Positions 18,007-27,062 of a stretch of 64,000 bases of DNA are shown here, piece after piece. The stretch comes from a virus. Where the stretch lies: positions 3,903 through 67,902 of the IMG/VR virus record IMGVR_UViG_3300032083_002558; one strand, written 5' to 3'. Position 1 is the stretch's first letter, and every line of letters begins with the position of its first letter. Below the pieces are notes generated by a model. That model was not told where the DNA came from and did no database searches. It saw only the letters and a list, made by a program, of their open reading frames with translations. A program made the position numbers and the translations under genes.

Positions 18007-18684
18007 CTACTTATCTAATTTTTCTTCTAATTTTTCAATATCTTTTAGTAAATCTTGAATCTTTTCTTCAAGAACCATAATTTTGTTTCTCGACATTTCA
18101 TCTTTCATCTTATACTCACCACGAGATGGTGGCCAAGATGAGTTAGGGTCAACAGCATAAACACCATCACCAATTGGTGTAAACTTGTTTTCTAAATCTG
18201 TAAGTCTTTTATCCATTGTTGTTTCTAATGATGTTAATCTTTTATCCATATCAACAACTAAAGTATTGTCTTGTGATTCCAATGCTCCAAATCTCGTATC
18301 CAACTCACCCATAAATGTAAAATACATTGTAATACCTGATACTAATAATGAACCTATATAAATCATAGTTTTTAAATCAATGTTAAACTTTGATGTTTGT
18401 AGATTGTCCATTGTTAAGTCTGGCGCACTTTGTGGTGGAGGTGGAGCAACAGGTGGTTGTTGATACATCTGTTGTTGTGGTTGAACAGGTGGTGGAGGTG
18501 GAGGAGGAGGTGGAGGTGGTGGAGCTTGTATGTCCAACGCTTCCATTAATTGTTCTTGAGTAATCATACCCCATTGTATAAGAACTTGTCCTACTTGAGC
18601 ATCCTCACCTTTAACAGCCATCACACCATCAACTTGTTGTTGTGTAACATATCCTTTTTGAACTAATATTTCACCTATTTTCAT
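18007..18684 (-). CDS. MshEN-like domain, polyproline linker, TM helix and coiled coil
   Basis: Tandem KIGEILVQKGYVTQQQV.. / QVGQVLIQWGMITQEQLMEALDIQ matches the MshEN pattern; long Pro run; TM MIYIGSLLVSGITMYFTF. Confidence 0.65.
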   Translation of the reverse strand: MKIGEILVQKGYVTQQQVDGVMAVKGEDAQVGQVLIQWGMITQEQLMEALDIQAPPPPPPPPPPPPVQPQQQMYQQPPVAPPPPQSAPDLTMDNLQTSKFNIDLKTMIYIGSLLVSGITMYFTFMGELDTRFGALESQDNTLVVDMDKRLTSLETTMDKRLTDLENKFTPIGDGVYAVDPNSSWPPSRGEYKMKDEMSRNKIMVLEEKIQDLLKDIEKLEEKLDK

Positions 18685-18693
18685 TCATAACTC

Positions 18694-19782
18694 CTAAAAG
18701 ACTGTGTAATTCAATCCTACTTTTAATTCATAGGAATCAATACTCCAATATCTTAAATATCTTGCTTCACCAAATACACCTAAATTTCTATTAAATTTCC
18801 AACCAGCAACTAAACCTAAATCAAAATCAATATCACCACTTTCATAAATAAAAGAATATTCCGTAAGTCCTTTACTGATTGGTAGTATTGAAGCCCATCC
18901 GTGAACCCAATACTTTTTATCATATAAATAATAATCTAAACCAATAACCAATGAAGCCTCATATTGCCAACCAAGAGCATTAACCTCTTCTTCATTATAA
19001 AGATTAATTATATCACCATAATAGTATTCATAAAACTCATCATCGGTTTCTGCAATTAATTCACCATTTTCATCAAACCATTCATAGTTACCAAATTCAC
19101 CAGGGTCTTGAACACCATTATCGTTTAAATCATCAAACCAATACTCATCATCATATCCATATTCATAAGCCAATGTCCACCATTGTCCGTTAGAACCTTG
19201 TAACCAATCATTGAATGGAAACAATCCATAAGCTGGATGTCCTCTAAAGTTACCACCTGCAGTGAAGTTCCAACTTGTTCCAAGTGGTTTCCTCCATCTG
19301 GCATCTAATTGTGCAAATTCTAAATCCTCTAATCCAAAGTTAGCATAAGTTCCTTTAACTACAAAGTTATCACCCAAGTATCTAACCCAAGATTCTGTAT
19401 CAACAAACTCTTCACCAAAAGAACGAATGGCTGAATACTTAACCAAGTATTCCCAACCACTCACATTACCAATTGTAGCAACATCTGATAAATTCTTTTC
19501 TGAACCATCATAGAAGTTCTTACCTTTAGCTTGATATTTAAATCTTGCAAGTTTCCTTATACCGAATGAAACATTGTATGAACCCTCAACTTCTTCTGTT
19601 GTTTCAACAAATGTTCCCAAGTCTTGGTTAAAGTCAAATTGTTGTTTTGGCTCAAATGGTGATTGAACACTTACACTTGTATAAAATGTAGAATACTTTA
19701 AAAAGTTATCTACAAAATAATTACTACCTTCACTTCCTAATAAGATAGCTGTTGTTAATAAGATTGATAGTAATTTTCTCAT
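18694..19782 (-). CDS. Putative outer-membrane beta-barrel protein
   Basis: Signal peptide, aromatic-rich strands, C-terminal YELKVGLNYTVF (terminal-Phe beta-signal); DLNDNGVQDPGE Ca-binding-like loop. Confidence 0.65.
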   Translation of the reverse strand: MRKLLSILLTTAILLGSEGSNYFVDNFLKYSTFYTSVSVQSPFEPKQQFDFNQDLGTFVETTEEVEGSYNVSFGIRKLARFKYQAKGKNFYDGSEKNLSDVATIGNVSGWEYLVKYSAIRSFGEEFVDTESWVRYLGDNFVVKGTYANFGLEDLEFAQLDARWRKPLGTSWNFTAGGNFRGHPAYGLFPFNDWLQGSNGQWWTLAYEYGYDDEYWFDDLNDNGVQDPGEFGNYEWFDENGELIAETDDEFYEYYYGDIINLYNEEEVNALGWQYEASLVIGLDYYLYDKKYWVHGWASILPISKGLTEYSFIYESGDIDFDLGLVAGWKFNRNLGVFGEARYLRYWSIDSYELKVGLNYTVF

Positions 19783-19793
19783 TTACTTTTCTC

Positions 19794-20210
19794 CTACTGT
19801 ATTTTATTCTCGTGTTTATTTACTACTCTTGTTAATTCTGTTAATAAATCAACACAAGAAGTATCCACTTTATATTTTGACAAGTCCAAAAGTGGTAAAG
19901 GTTTTTCTATTTTAATGTCTTTCAGTTTGTCATTCTGAATCACTAATTTACTTCCACCTACGATAATACCATCCACTACATCATAAGTAAAGAATGTTGT
20001 AGACCAGATTCCTACTCTGACTATTCTGCCAGGTTTACCATCTACTTCTACTACATCGTCTTCGTTGTAATCATTACCCTGAAATATCATAAATCCAGCT
20101 ACAAGTTTTTCAATTGTAGACCTGAAGAGTAATGTTAAAATACCAACTATAAATAACCACCCGTATTCACCGAGAATTAATGAAACCTGATTTTGGATTT
20201 CATTTTCCAT
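19794..20210 (-). CDS. MscS-like small membrane protein
   Basis: TM helix then IEKLVAGFMIF...YNEDDVVEVDGKPGRIVRVGIWSTTF, the MscS TM3/beta-domain signature. Confidence 0.65.
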   Translation of the reverse strand: MENEIQNQVSLILGEYGWLFIVGILTLLFRSTIEKLVAGFMIFQGNDYNEDDVVEVDGKPGRIVRVGIWSTTFFTYDVVDGIIVGGSKLVIQNDKLKDIKIEKPLPLLDLSKYKVDTSCVDLLTELTRVVNKHENKIQ

Positions 20211-20265
20211 ATCAGTTCTCCAATTATTGGTTATATGTTAGTGTAACCTACTTATTATCAAAAAT

Positions 20266-21057
20266 CTATTTGTATCCTATACCTTTACTTCTTTTTTTAT
20301 TACCTTTTAAAATCAAATTATGTTTAACCCACATTTTACCTATCACATTTCTTATAGGTTTCTTTATAAATTTATCTATATATTTTTTTGTCAATTTTCC
20401 AAACTTAGCTTGAGCTTCTTTTGGTTTTAAAAACTTTGAATTATCAACAATTACAAAATTACTACCAAACAAAGATTGAAATGCACCTAAGTTCTTTTGA
20501 ACATCTTTCCACGATTGAACCAATATGTCTTCTGGTAATCTTCTTGCTCTTTCTTGATTTCTTTGTTTAGCAACTTCTAATGATGTATTAACAAATACCA
20601 TATATGTATCATATCCAAGTTTTTCTAATTGTTTTTTTTCAGCTTTTATCTTTCCAAGATTATGACCTGTTCCATCAATAATCATTCCAAGTCTACCTTC
20701 CATATATTTATTTTTTCTATCTCGTGTCATTAACTTGGCTTTTTTTCTAACTGTCATATTTTCTGAATCTTCATCCCCACCAGCAATAGCATCAAACACT
20801 TCTTCTGGCCATTTATCAATATCTAATTTACCTGTACCGAATGTTTCAAATCCATATTTTTTTAATAAAAATTCAAACTCTGTATCTGAATTAACTGCTT
20901 TCAATCCACTAACCGATACATTGATTTTTTTAGGAATACCAAACAATTCACCAGCAACATAAGATTTACCAGAACCTGGCCCTCCAGCCATAAAAACGGC
21001 TTTCAATATACCTTTGTCAAAGACTCCCTCTTCCAATAATTGTTTTAATTTAACCAA
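20266..21057 (-). CDS. P-loop kinase (zeta toxin/AAA_33-like) with VKLKQLLEE leader
   Basis: Walker A AGGPGSGKS; IIDGTG; VFVNTSLEVAKQRNQERAR lid motif; TTG start after AGGAG. Confidence 0.8.
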   Translation of the reverse strand: MVKLKQLLEEGVFDKGILKAVFMAGGPGSGKSYVAGELFGIPKKINVSVSGLKAVNSDTEFEFLLKKYGFETFGTGKLDIDKWPEEVFDAIAGGDEDSENMTVRKKAKLMTRDRKNKYMEGRLGMIIDGTGHNLGKIKAEKKQLEKLGYDTYMVFVNTSLEVAKQRNQERARRLPEDILVQSWKDVQKNLGAFQSLFGSNFVIVDNSKFLKPKEAQAKFGKLTKKYIDKFIKKPIRNVIGKMWVKHNLILKGNKKRSKGIGYK

Positions 21058-21084
21058 AATGGTTCTCCTATTAATATAGTATTA

Positions 21085-21099
21085 TTCATATATAAATAT
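21085..21099 (-). promoter_or_regulatory. Putative late promoter motif (copy 2)
   Basis: Exact TTCATATATAAATAT on the plus strand, intergenic. Confidence 0.7.
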
Positions 21100-21112
21100 A
21101 ACAAAAGTTTAA

Positions 21113-22225
21113 TTAAATGGGAATTATTGTTCTATCTAAACGAACACTACAAGAAATAAAACTTCCAGCTGCATTTAATCTAACATCAGAATTACTTATA
21201 TCAGTTGTAAAATTAATTAAGTTCAAACCTGAATTTATTTGTGCATATTCCGTATTTGAAGCTGTTGAATTATGATGTAAAACCAATAATTCACTCACTT
21301 GATAATTTGAAGCACTTGTTACTTGTAAAGTGTATTTTGCTGAACGAAAACTTCCAGTATTAAAAGTATCAATTACTGATGATGAATTAGTCATTTGAAC
21401 AAATTTAGTTTTAAATAAATCACCACTTGCACTTATGTTTCCACTTGCGGTTATATGATTGCCTTTTATAAAGCCAGTTGTTGTGAAGTTATTCATTGAA
21501 GCTGAATAAAATCCACCCATTGAAGCTGAATCTACTGAGAATGTTCTAGCAGTAGCACCTGTGAAAGTTCCTCCACCATTGTTTAATCCATCTCCAGCAG
21601 TTAGAGCGTTTGTTGTTGTTCCAATTGTTGTTGATGTGAACGCATTTGAACCAAGTTCTCGTGTTCCAACAATATTTGAACCATCTATCATTACAGCTGT
21701 TGCTTCCGAACCTTGATTTGATAATCCATTTAATATTAAACCAGCACTAGTTATTCTTCCACTTGAACTTATGTTTCCACTTGCAGTTATGTGATTAAAT
21801 TTAACATTATCGGTAGTTCTTAAACCTAAACCTATATCACCACTAATACCTGTGACTCCAGAGGTTGTTTTTCTTACAGCTCCTTGATTCACACTTGTAA
21901 TATCTGTTAAAAATGAACCAGTTTGATTTGATAAAACAAATGGAATATTACCTTTAGTTATTGAACCTGTCACATTCAAAGAGCCTGTGAATTGATGTGT
22001 ATCATCCAATGAATTACCAAACTGTGTTGAACCTGATAATTGTTGTGTTGTGATGTTTGTTACTGATGAGGATACAATGTATTGTTGTGCAGTTAAACTT
22101 CCAGATATTTTTAAATCACCTATTTCATTACCTGTCAAATCATATAGACGATTATCTGAACCTGTTCGTTGTAATAAATTCTGAAAGGTGTCTTGGATAT
22201 TCTTATTCGTTAAATCAAACGACAT
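21113..22225 (-). CDS. Tail fibre-like protein
   Basis: HITASGNISxSG repeats; SGSTQFGNSLDDTHQFTGS; C-terminal domain shared with 35793-37259. Confidence 0.7.
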   Translation of the reverse strand: MSFDLTNKNIQDTFQNLLQRTGSDNRLYDLTGNEIGDLKISGSLTAQQYIVSSSVTNITTQQLSGSTQFGNSLDDTHQFTGSLNVTGSITKGNIPFVLSNQTGSFLTDITSVNQGAVRKTTSGVTGISGDIGLGLRTTDNVKFNHITASGNISSSGRITSAGLILNGLSNQGSEATAVMIDGSNIVGTRELGSNAFTSTTIGTTTNALTAGDGLNNGGGTFTGATARTFSVDSASMGGFYSASMNNFTTTGFIKGNHITASGNISASGDLFKTKFVQMTNSSSVIDTFNTGSFRSAKYTLQVTSASNYQVSELLVLHHNSTASNTEYAQINSGLNLINFTTDISNSDVRLNAAGSFISCSVRLDRTIIPI

Positions 22226-22237
22226 AACTTATAACCT

Positions 22238-22795
22238 TTATACCTTTGGTAGTTTTTTAATAACTTCTCGTATGAATTTTTTTGTTCCACCTTTATATTC
22301 AATTTTATTTGAATAGTTTTCAAGTATTGAAACAATTCTTTTTTTATCCTTTACAACCTTTTGTAATGTGATATTATTTTTTTTAAAAAATTCTACAATT
22401 TCATTGATTGAATTAGAATCATTTTTAACATTTTTAATTTTGACTTGTGGTTTTGTAGATTCTTTTATTTGTTTTTTATTACCTTGTGATTTTACCTCAA
22501 CCGTTACTTTCTTTGATGTTGATACAACAAAGTTAGATTGCCAAGGTTCAATCAAAGTATCTTCAGCTATAACTTCTAACTTTATATCACCTGTAGTGTT
22601 TTCATCCAATAAACCTTTTAATTTTTTAATAGGAACTTTACAATTTCCATCTTTTGTTATTGTTCCTGGAAATAAAAGAGTTAAATCTTTCGTTTCAACC
22701 AATATTCTAGCACTTGAATTTTTTAAATCTGCACCTTCTAAGAATAAATCACATTCAAATGTTTCTTGTTTATCTGTGTATAATTTATACGCCAC
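22238..22795 (-). CDS. Hypothetical protein (beta-rich N-terminal domain)
   Basis: ORF with GGAG RBS; overlaps its neighbour. Confidence 0.6.
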   Translation of the reverse strand: MAYKLYTDKQETFECDLFLEGADLKNSSARILVETKDLTLLFPGTITKDGNCKVPIKKLKGLLDENTTGDIKLEVIAEDTLIEPWQSNFVVSTSKKVTVEVKSQGNKKQIKESTKPQVKIKNVKNDSNSINEIVEFFKKNNITLQKVVKDKKRIVSILENYSNKIEYKGGTKKFIREVIKKLPKV

Positions 22796-23177
22796 TTTTT
22801 ATCTCCAATTTAACTTTTCCTATGATGGTTTCAGCTACTAACTCTACATCATCGACTTTAACTTCAACACTACCAACTTCTGTAACATCATCATAAACTT
22901 TTTCACCCTTAATTCGACAAATCAAATGAATAAGTTTTTTCTTCTTATTATCGTCAAGTTTATTTAATCTATCTTGTCTAGCTCTTCTTGAACCACTTCC
23001 AATTCCATCCATTATTTCTTGAATGAAATTTACATCGCCCCAAGTTACATCTGCTGTTCCCCAACTAAGTATTACATTCGATGGAATGTTATCATTTTGT
23101 TGGTCTTTACCAACTTGTAAAACATCACTATTCCATTGAATTGGAAATTTTTCAGCATTTTGATGTGTTTTTGCCAT
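22785..23177 (-). CDS. Hypothetical protein
   Basis: ORF downstream of late motif copy 3. Confidence 0.6.
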   Translation of the reverse strand: MAKTHQNAEKFPIQWNSDVLQVGKDQQNDNIPSNVILSWGTADVTWGDVNFIQEIMDGIGSGSRRARQDRLNKLDDNKKKKLIHLICRIKGEKVYDDVTEVGSVEVKVDDVELVAETIIGKVKLEIKSGV

Positions 23178-23189
23178 TATATAGTCCTA

Positions 23190-23204
23190 TTCATATATAA
23201 ATAT
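23190..23204 (-). promoter_or_regulatory. Putative late promoter motif (copy 3)
   Basis: Exact 15-mer, intergenic. Confidence 0.7.
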
Positions 23205-23232
23205 AATAAAAGTTAAGAAAGATTGAATTTTA

Positions 23233-23976
23233 TTAATCCACTCCAATTACTTTTCCAATATTTGCAGTAGCCACACCATTTACTTTTCCAATACTTCCAG
23301 CAGCTAAACTTACAACTTTATGACTATAACCTGATGTAGCAAGGGTTAATTCTAATTTAGGGTCTTTACTTGTTCCCGCACTATTTGCATAAAATATTTT
23401 AATTTTTACTTCGTTTGAAGTTCCTGGGTCAGTACCAGTTTTATCATAGTTACCTATTAAACCTGTATTTAATATTCCACTTCCTACTGCACTATTTATA
23501 GCCGTTATACCAGCGGAATTTATATCTATGGTATGATAACCTTCTGTGGTTGATATTTGTGTACTACCATAATTAGTCATAGTGCCAGGTCGGTCAAAAT
23601 CACCAGTATCACCATCTAAAGTATTCCAACTAACAAGATAAACCGTTGATTGGTCTGTTCCAGTATCACCAAGATTATCACTATATACTTTAAATTGAGC
23701 AGATGCTACAGTACCTGATTCACCTGATAAATCAAATGCAAAGAAAGACCTATTACATTCCCATGTATTGGAAGTTCCTCTACCAAAAAACTTTGCATTA
23801 TGAATACCCTCATCAAAACTTGCAGCACTATCATTGTGATTATTACCAGTAGAATCTCCTATCAATTGAGCCCAACTTGCCCCACCTACAATTGTACTTA
23901 GTGAGTTTTCAACATAACTATCTGGTTCTGCATCACCACCTGCACCACCAAGTGCAAATATCGTAGAATCTGGCAT
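23233..23976 (-). CDS. Putative tail-associated beta-sandwich protein (DNRLRE-like)
   Basis: RSFFAFDLSG..VASAQFKVY ... KDPKLELT pattern; C-terminal IGKVNGVATANIGKVIGV. Confidence 0.5.
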   Translation of the reverse strand: MPDSTIFALGGAGGDAEPDSYVENSLSTIVGGASWAQLIGDSTGNNHNDSAASFDEGIHNAKFFGRGTSNTWECNRSFFAFDLSGESGTVASAQFKVYSDNLGDTGTDQSTVYLVSWNTLDGDTGDFDRPGTMTNYGSTQISTTEGYHTIDINSAGITAINSAVGSGILNTGLIGNYDKTGTDPGTSNEVKIKIFYANSAGTSKDPKLELTLATSGYSHKVVSLAAGSIGKVNGVATANIGKVIGVD

Positions 23977-24543
23977 TTAAAACTCCTTCATTGGTAAATA
24001 ATAAATTGTACTACCTGTAAAATAAGTATTTGAAGGTGGAGATACATTTATTGATTTATAAGTAACATTTTGTATACCATGATAATTCGACCTATTGTTT
24101 GAACGGTCGTGCCACCAAGTTACTTTTGTCCCACTTTTTGTCCAAGTGGATAAACTTGATGAAAATTGTTTTGCATTATCATCACCATAAGTATCATAAA
24201 ATATTCCATCATATGTTCCTAATGAATCTTTGACATCATACCAACTTTGAGATACAATGGTTACATTGGATTTTCCATTTGCCCATTCTACGGCTTTTGG
24301 AATTATTTCAGGATGATTTTCAACAATAATATGAGAATCAATACTATGAGAATGCATATATCCAGCTGATATTCCCATACCGAAACCTATTTCCAATATG
24401 TCTCCACCACCTTCGGTTACATAAGCTGCAGAAGCTGACATTACATCATCTTCCCAAGACATCATAACTTCATTATCCATTCCATCTATTGTGATTTTAT
24501 CAGATTCAAATACTAATGATTGTGATACATACCAATTACTCAT
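23977..24543 (-). CDS. Class I SAM-dependent methyltransferase (GAMT/Rmt2-like)
   Basis: VMMSWE, motif I ILEIGFGMGISA, HIIVENHP, YDGIFYDTY as in guanidinoacetate/arginine N-methyltransferases. Confidence 0.8.
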   Translation of the reverse strand: MSNWYVSQSLVFESDKITIDGMDNEVMMSWEDDVMSASAAYVTEGGGDILEIGFGMGISAGYMHSHSIDSHIIVENHPEIIPKAVEWANGKSNVTIVSQSWYDVKDSLGTYDGIFYDTYGDDNAKQFSSSLSTWTKSGTKVTWWHDRSNNRSNYHGIQNVTYKSINVSPPSNTYFTGSTIYYLPMKEF

Positions 24544-27062
24544 TAAGCACTCACTTCAACAAATGTGTTATCAGGATTAAACCAAATTTGTCCGTTTGAT
24601 GCATCTAAACAATAACCAACAACTCTAACTATATCAGTATTACCTGATGGTGCTGTAGCTGTGGCTTGTCCTGTACCACCCGTAGCTAAAAACAATACAT
24701 CACCAACCGCACCAGGGTCGTGGTCTAATGTAACCGTACCTCTTAACAACATTCCATTTGTATCTGAAGCTGCTCCTAAAGCAACAGCTAATAAACCATC
24801 ACAGTTTGCAACGGCGTCAGCATCAGCTAACTCCCAAGTTCCATCTGATTTGTAATGATAAATTTTACCATTATCCATTGATGTCGTACCACCAAAGAAA
24901 ACCACATCACCTTGATGGTCAGCATCAGTATTAGATGTTTTATTAAATTTATTTGTAGTTATTGTCGCGGTTCCACTAACACCAAAATCACCTGAAGCTG
25001 ATAATGAACCTCCAGCCATTGTAAGATTATTTCCAGTCTGTGTTAAAGTTACATCACCATTATCAAAGTTTATAACTCCACCTTCAGCAAGAAATAAATC
25101 TGACCATTGTCTATTAGAAGCACCCAAAGCTAATCCATTACTTGTTGCAGGTTGTAGACTAGTAGTGTTTAATTTCATTTCATCATTGTTACCTACTCTA
25201 AATCCTATAACATTATCAGCAGTTGCAAAATCAATTAAATCCGTAGAGTCTCTACCGATTTTTAAACCAGTATTTAGAATTGAATCTACACCTGTTACAT
25301 CCCCATCTATTCCAGTCAATTCACCAATGATATTTCCACTACAACTTATATTTCCACTTGCGGTTATGTGTGATTGAACATTTAAATCCCCACCCACATC
25401 TAATTTAGAAACAGGTGTTGTATCCGAAATACCAACTCTTGATAAACCAGCATCTCCAAATATAAGTTCATTTTCACCTGAATCCATATAGGCAAAGTTC
25501 GCATCTACTTCACCTGTATTAAATGTATATGTATCTCCAGCTTGTGCATTAAATTGTATTCCACCTGTACTTAAAGAAATTAGGACAGATGTTGCAGTGT
25601 CAGCTCTAACTGAATCTACATCTATTGTTCCTACATTTGTAATGTTTCCGTCACCAAAATCAGCATTACCATTTATATCTAAACTCGCGCCTTTTAGAGC
25701 TCCACTTGCACTTATATCTCCTGCAGCTGTAAAATCATTCATTGAAGCAGAAAAGAATGGAGCTAATGAAGCTGAATCTACAGAAAATGTTCTAGCTGCA
25801 GCTCCATCAAAAGTTCCACCACCATTGTTTAATCCAGCACCTGCAGTTAAAGCATTTGGTACTTTTAATACTGATAAACTATCAGATGATAATTCCATTG
25901 TCGAAGTATCAGCTGAATTTGTGTTTAACATTGTTCCTTCAACTGAATTTGCTGCAATTGTCACTACACCACCATTAGTCATTGTCACATCACCACTTAA
26001 TGCTGCGGCAGTAAAACCAGTTCCATCACCAATTAAAATTTGAGTGTTTGTTACTGCTTTGAATGATGGGTCACCTGTACTATTTGCATCTCTTACAAGA
26101 ACTGTATTCGCAGCTGCATGTGCTAATTTTGCAAGAGTTATTGATTCATCAGCAACAGTAGCACTTACATTTGATAATCCAGCTCCATCACCACTAAATG
26201 AAGAAGCAGATACGAACCCACTTGCACTTATGTTTCCAATAACTTCTAATTTTTCACCGGGCGTTGATGTTCCAATACCAAGATTTCCTGTTGAGCCAGT
26301 TAACATCATTTTCTCAGTAAAATTATACGCACTTCCATTATTTATACCAAATTTTATACTTCCTTTCGCTGATAAATGAACATCTGCTTTATTTCCTAAG
26401 GCTTCTACAATATAATCATTTCCTGTTCCAACAGTAAAAGTATGTGATTTATTACTCGCACCAGTGGTTTCAATAACCAAAGAATTAGCACTTGATACAC
26501 CACTATCATCAGCCTCACCAACCGTAAGTCTTGATGTATTGTTTGAAGTAAATACAGTCATTGAACCTGAAACTGATAAAGTGTTTTGTGGTGTGGGTGT
26601 TCCAATACCAACTTTTCCAAAATTACCACTACTGGTTACAATAAGTACATCCGTACCAGCAGTATTTTCTATTAAAAGATATTTTTGATTACTATCTGAA
26701 CCTGATATATGTAATTGTGAAGTAGCTCCTGCTGTTCCAATACCAACATTACCACCACCACTTTGTAAAGCCACAGTGTTAGAACCAGATATAAAAACAT
26801 TAGTGGTTTTACTTCCAAAAATAATATTTTTACCACTACCATCATCTCTAATTTCACCATTTTGTTCAAATACAATATCTACATTATTTGTTCCATCACC
26901 AATAAAAACATCAGAAGCACCATCACCTAACAATACATCCCCAAGAACATTACTGATGACTAAATCATCACCATCAGCTTTTATTTGTCCTGAACCAGAA
27001 CCAGCTGAACTTGAAAATTGTATTAATCCCGATGAGGGTGTTATCAGTACATCACTAGCCAT
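24543..27062 (-). CDS. Tail fibre protein
   Basis: GNVGIGT/GNLGIGTSTP repeats, SGNISASG repeats, C-terminal APSGNTDIVRVVGY...IWFNPD domain. Confidence 0.75.
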   Translation of the reverse strand: MASDVLITPSSGLIQFSSSAGSGSGQIKADGDDLVISNVLGDVLLGDGASDVFIGDGTNNVDIVFEQNGEIRDDGSGKNIIFGSKTTNVFISGSNTVALQSGGGNVGIGTAGATSQLHISGSDSNQKYLLIENTAGTDVLIVTSSGNFGKVGIGTPTPQNTLSVSGSMTVFTSNNTSRLTVGEADDSGVSSANSLVIETTGASNKSHTFTVGTGNDYIVEALGNKADVHLSAKGSIKFGINNGSAYNFTEKMMLTGSTGNLGIGTSTPGEKLEVIGNISASGFVSASSFSGDGAGLSNVSATVADESITLAKLAHAAANTVLVRDANSTGDPSFKAVTNTQILIGDGTGFTAAALSGDVTMTNGGVVTIAANSVEGTMLNTNSADTSTMELSSDSLSVLKVPNALTAGAGLNNGGGTFDGAAARTFSVDSASLAPFFSASMNDFTAAGDISASGALKGASLDINGNADFGDGNITNVGTIDVDSVRADTATSVLISLSTGGIQFNAQAGDTYTFNTGEVDANFAYMDSGENELIFGDAGLSRVGISDTTPVSKLDVGGDLNVQSHITASGNISCSGNIIGELTGIDGDVTGVDSILNTGLKIGRDSTDLIDFATADNVIGFRVGNNDEMKLNTTSLQPATSNGLALGASNRQWSDLFLAEGGVINFDNGDVTLTQTGNNLTMAGGSLSASGDFGVSGTATITTNKFNKTSNTDADHQGDVVFFGGTTSMDNGKIYHYKSDGTWELADADAVANCDGLLAVALGAASDTNGMLLRGTVTLDHDPGAVGDVLFLATGGTGQATATAPSGNTDIVRVVGYCLDASNGQIWFNPDNTFVEVSA

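Noticed and set aside
18430-18525. GGA/GGT-rich tract as a DNA-level element
   Set aside because: It is fully explained as codons for the polyproline/glutamine linker.
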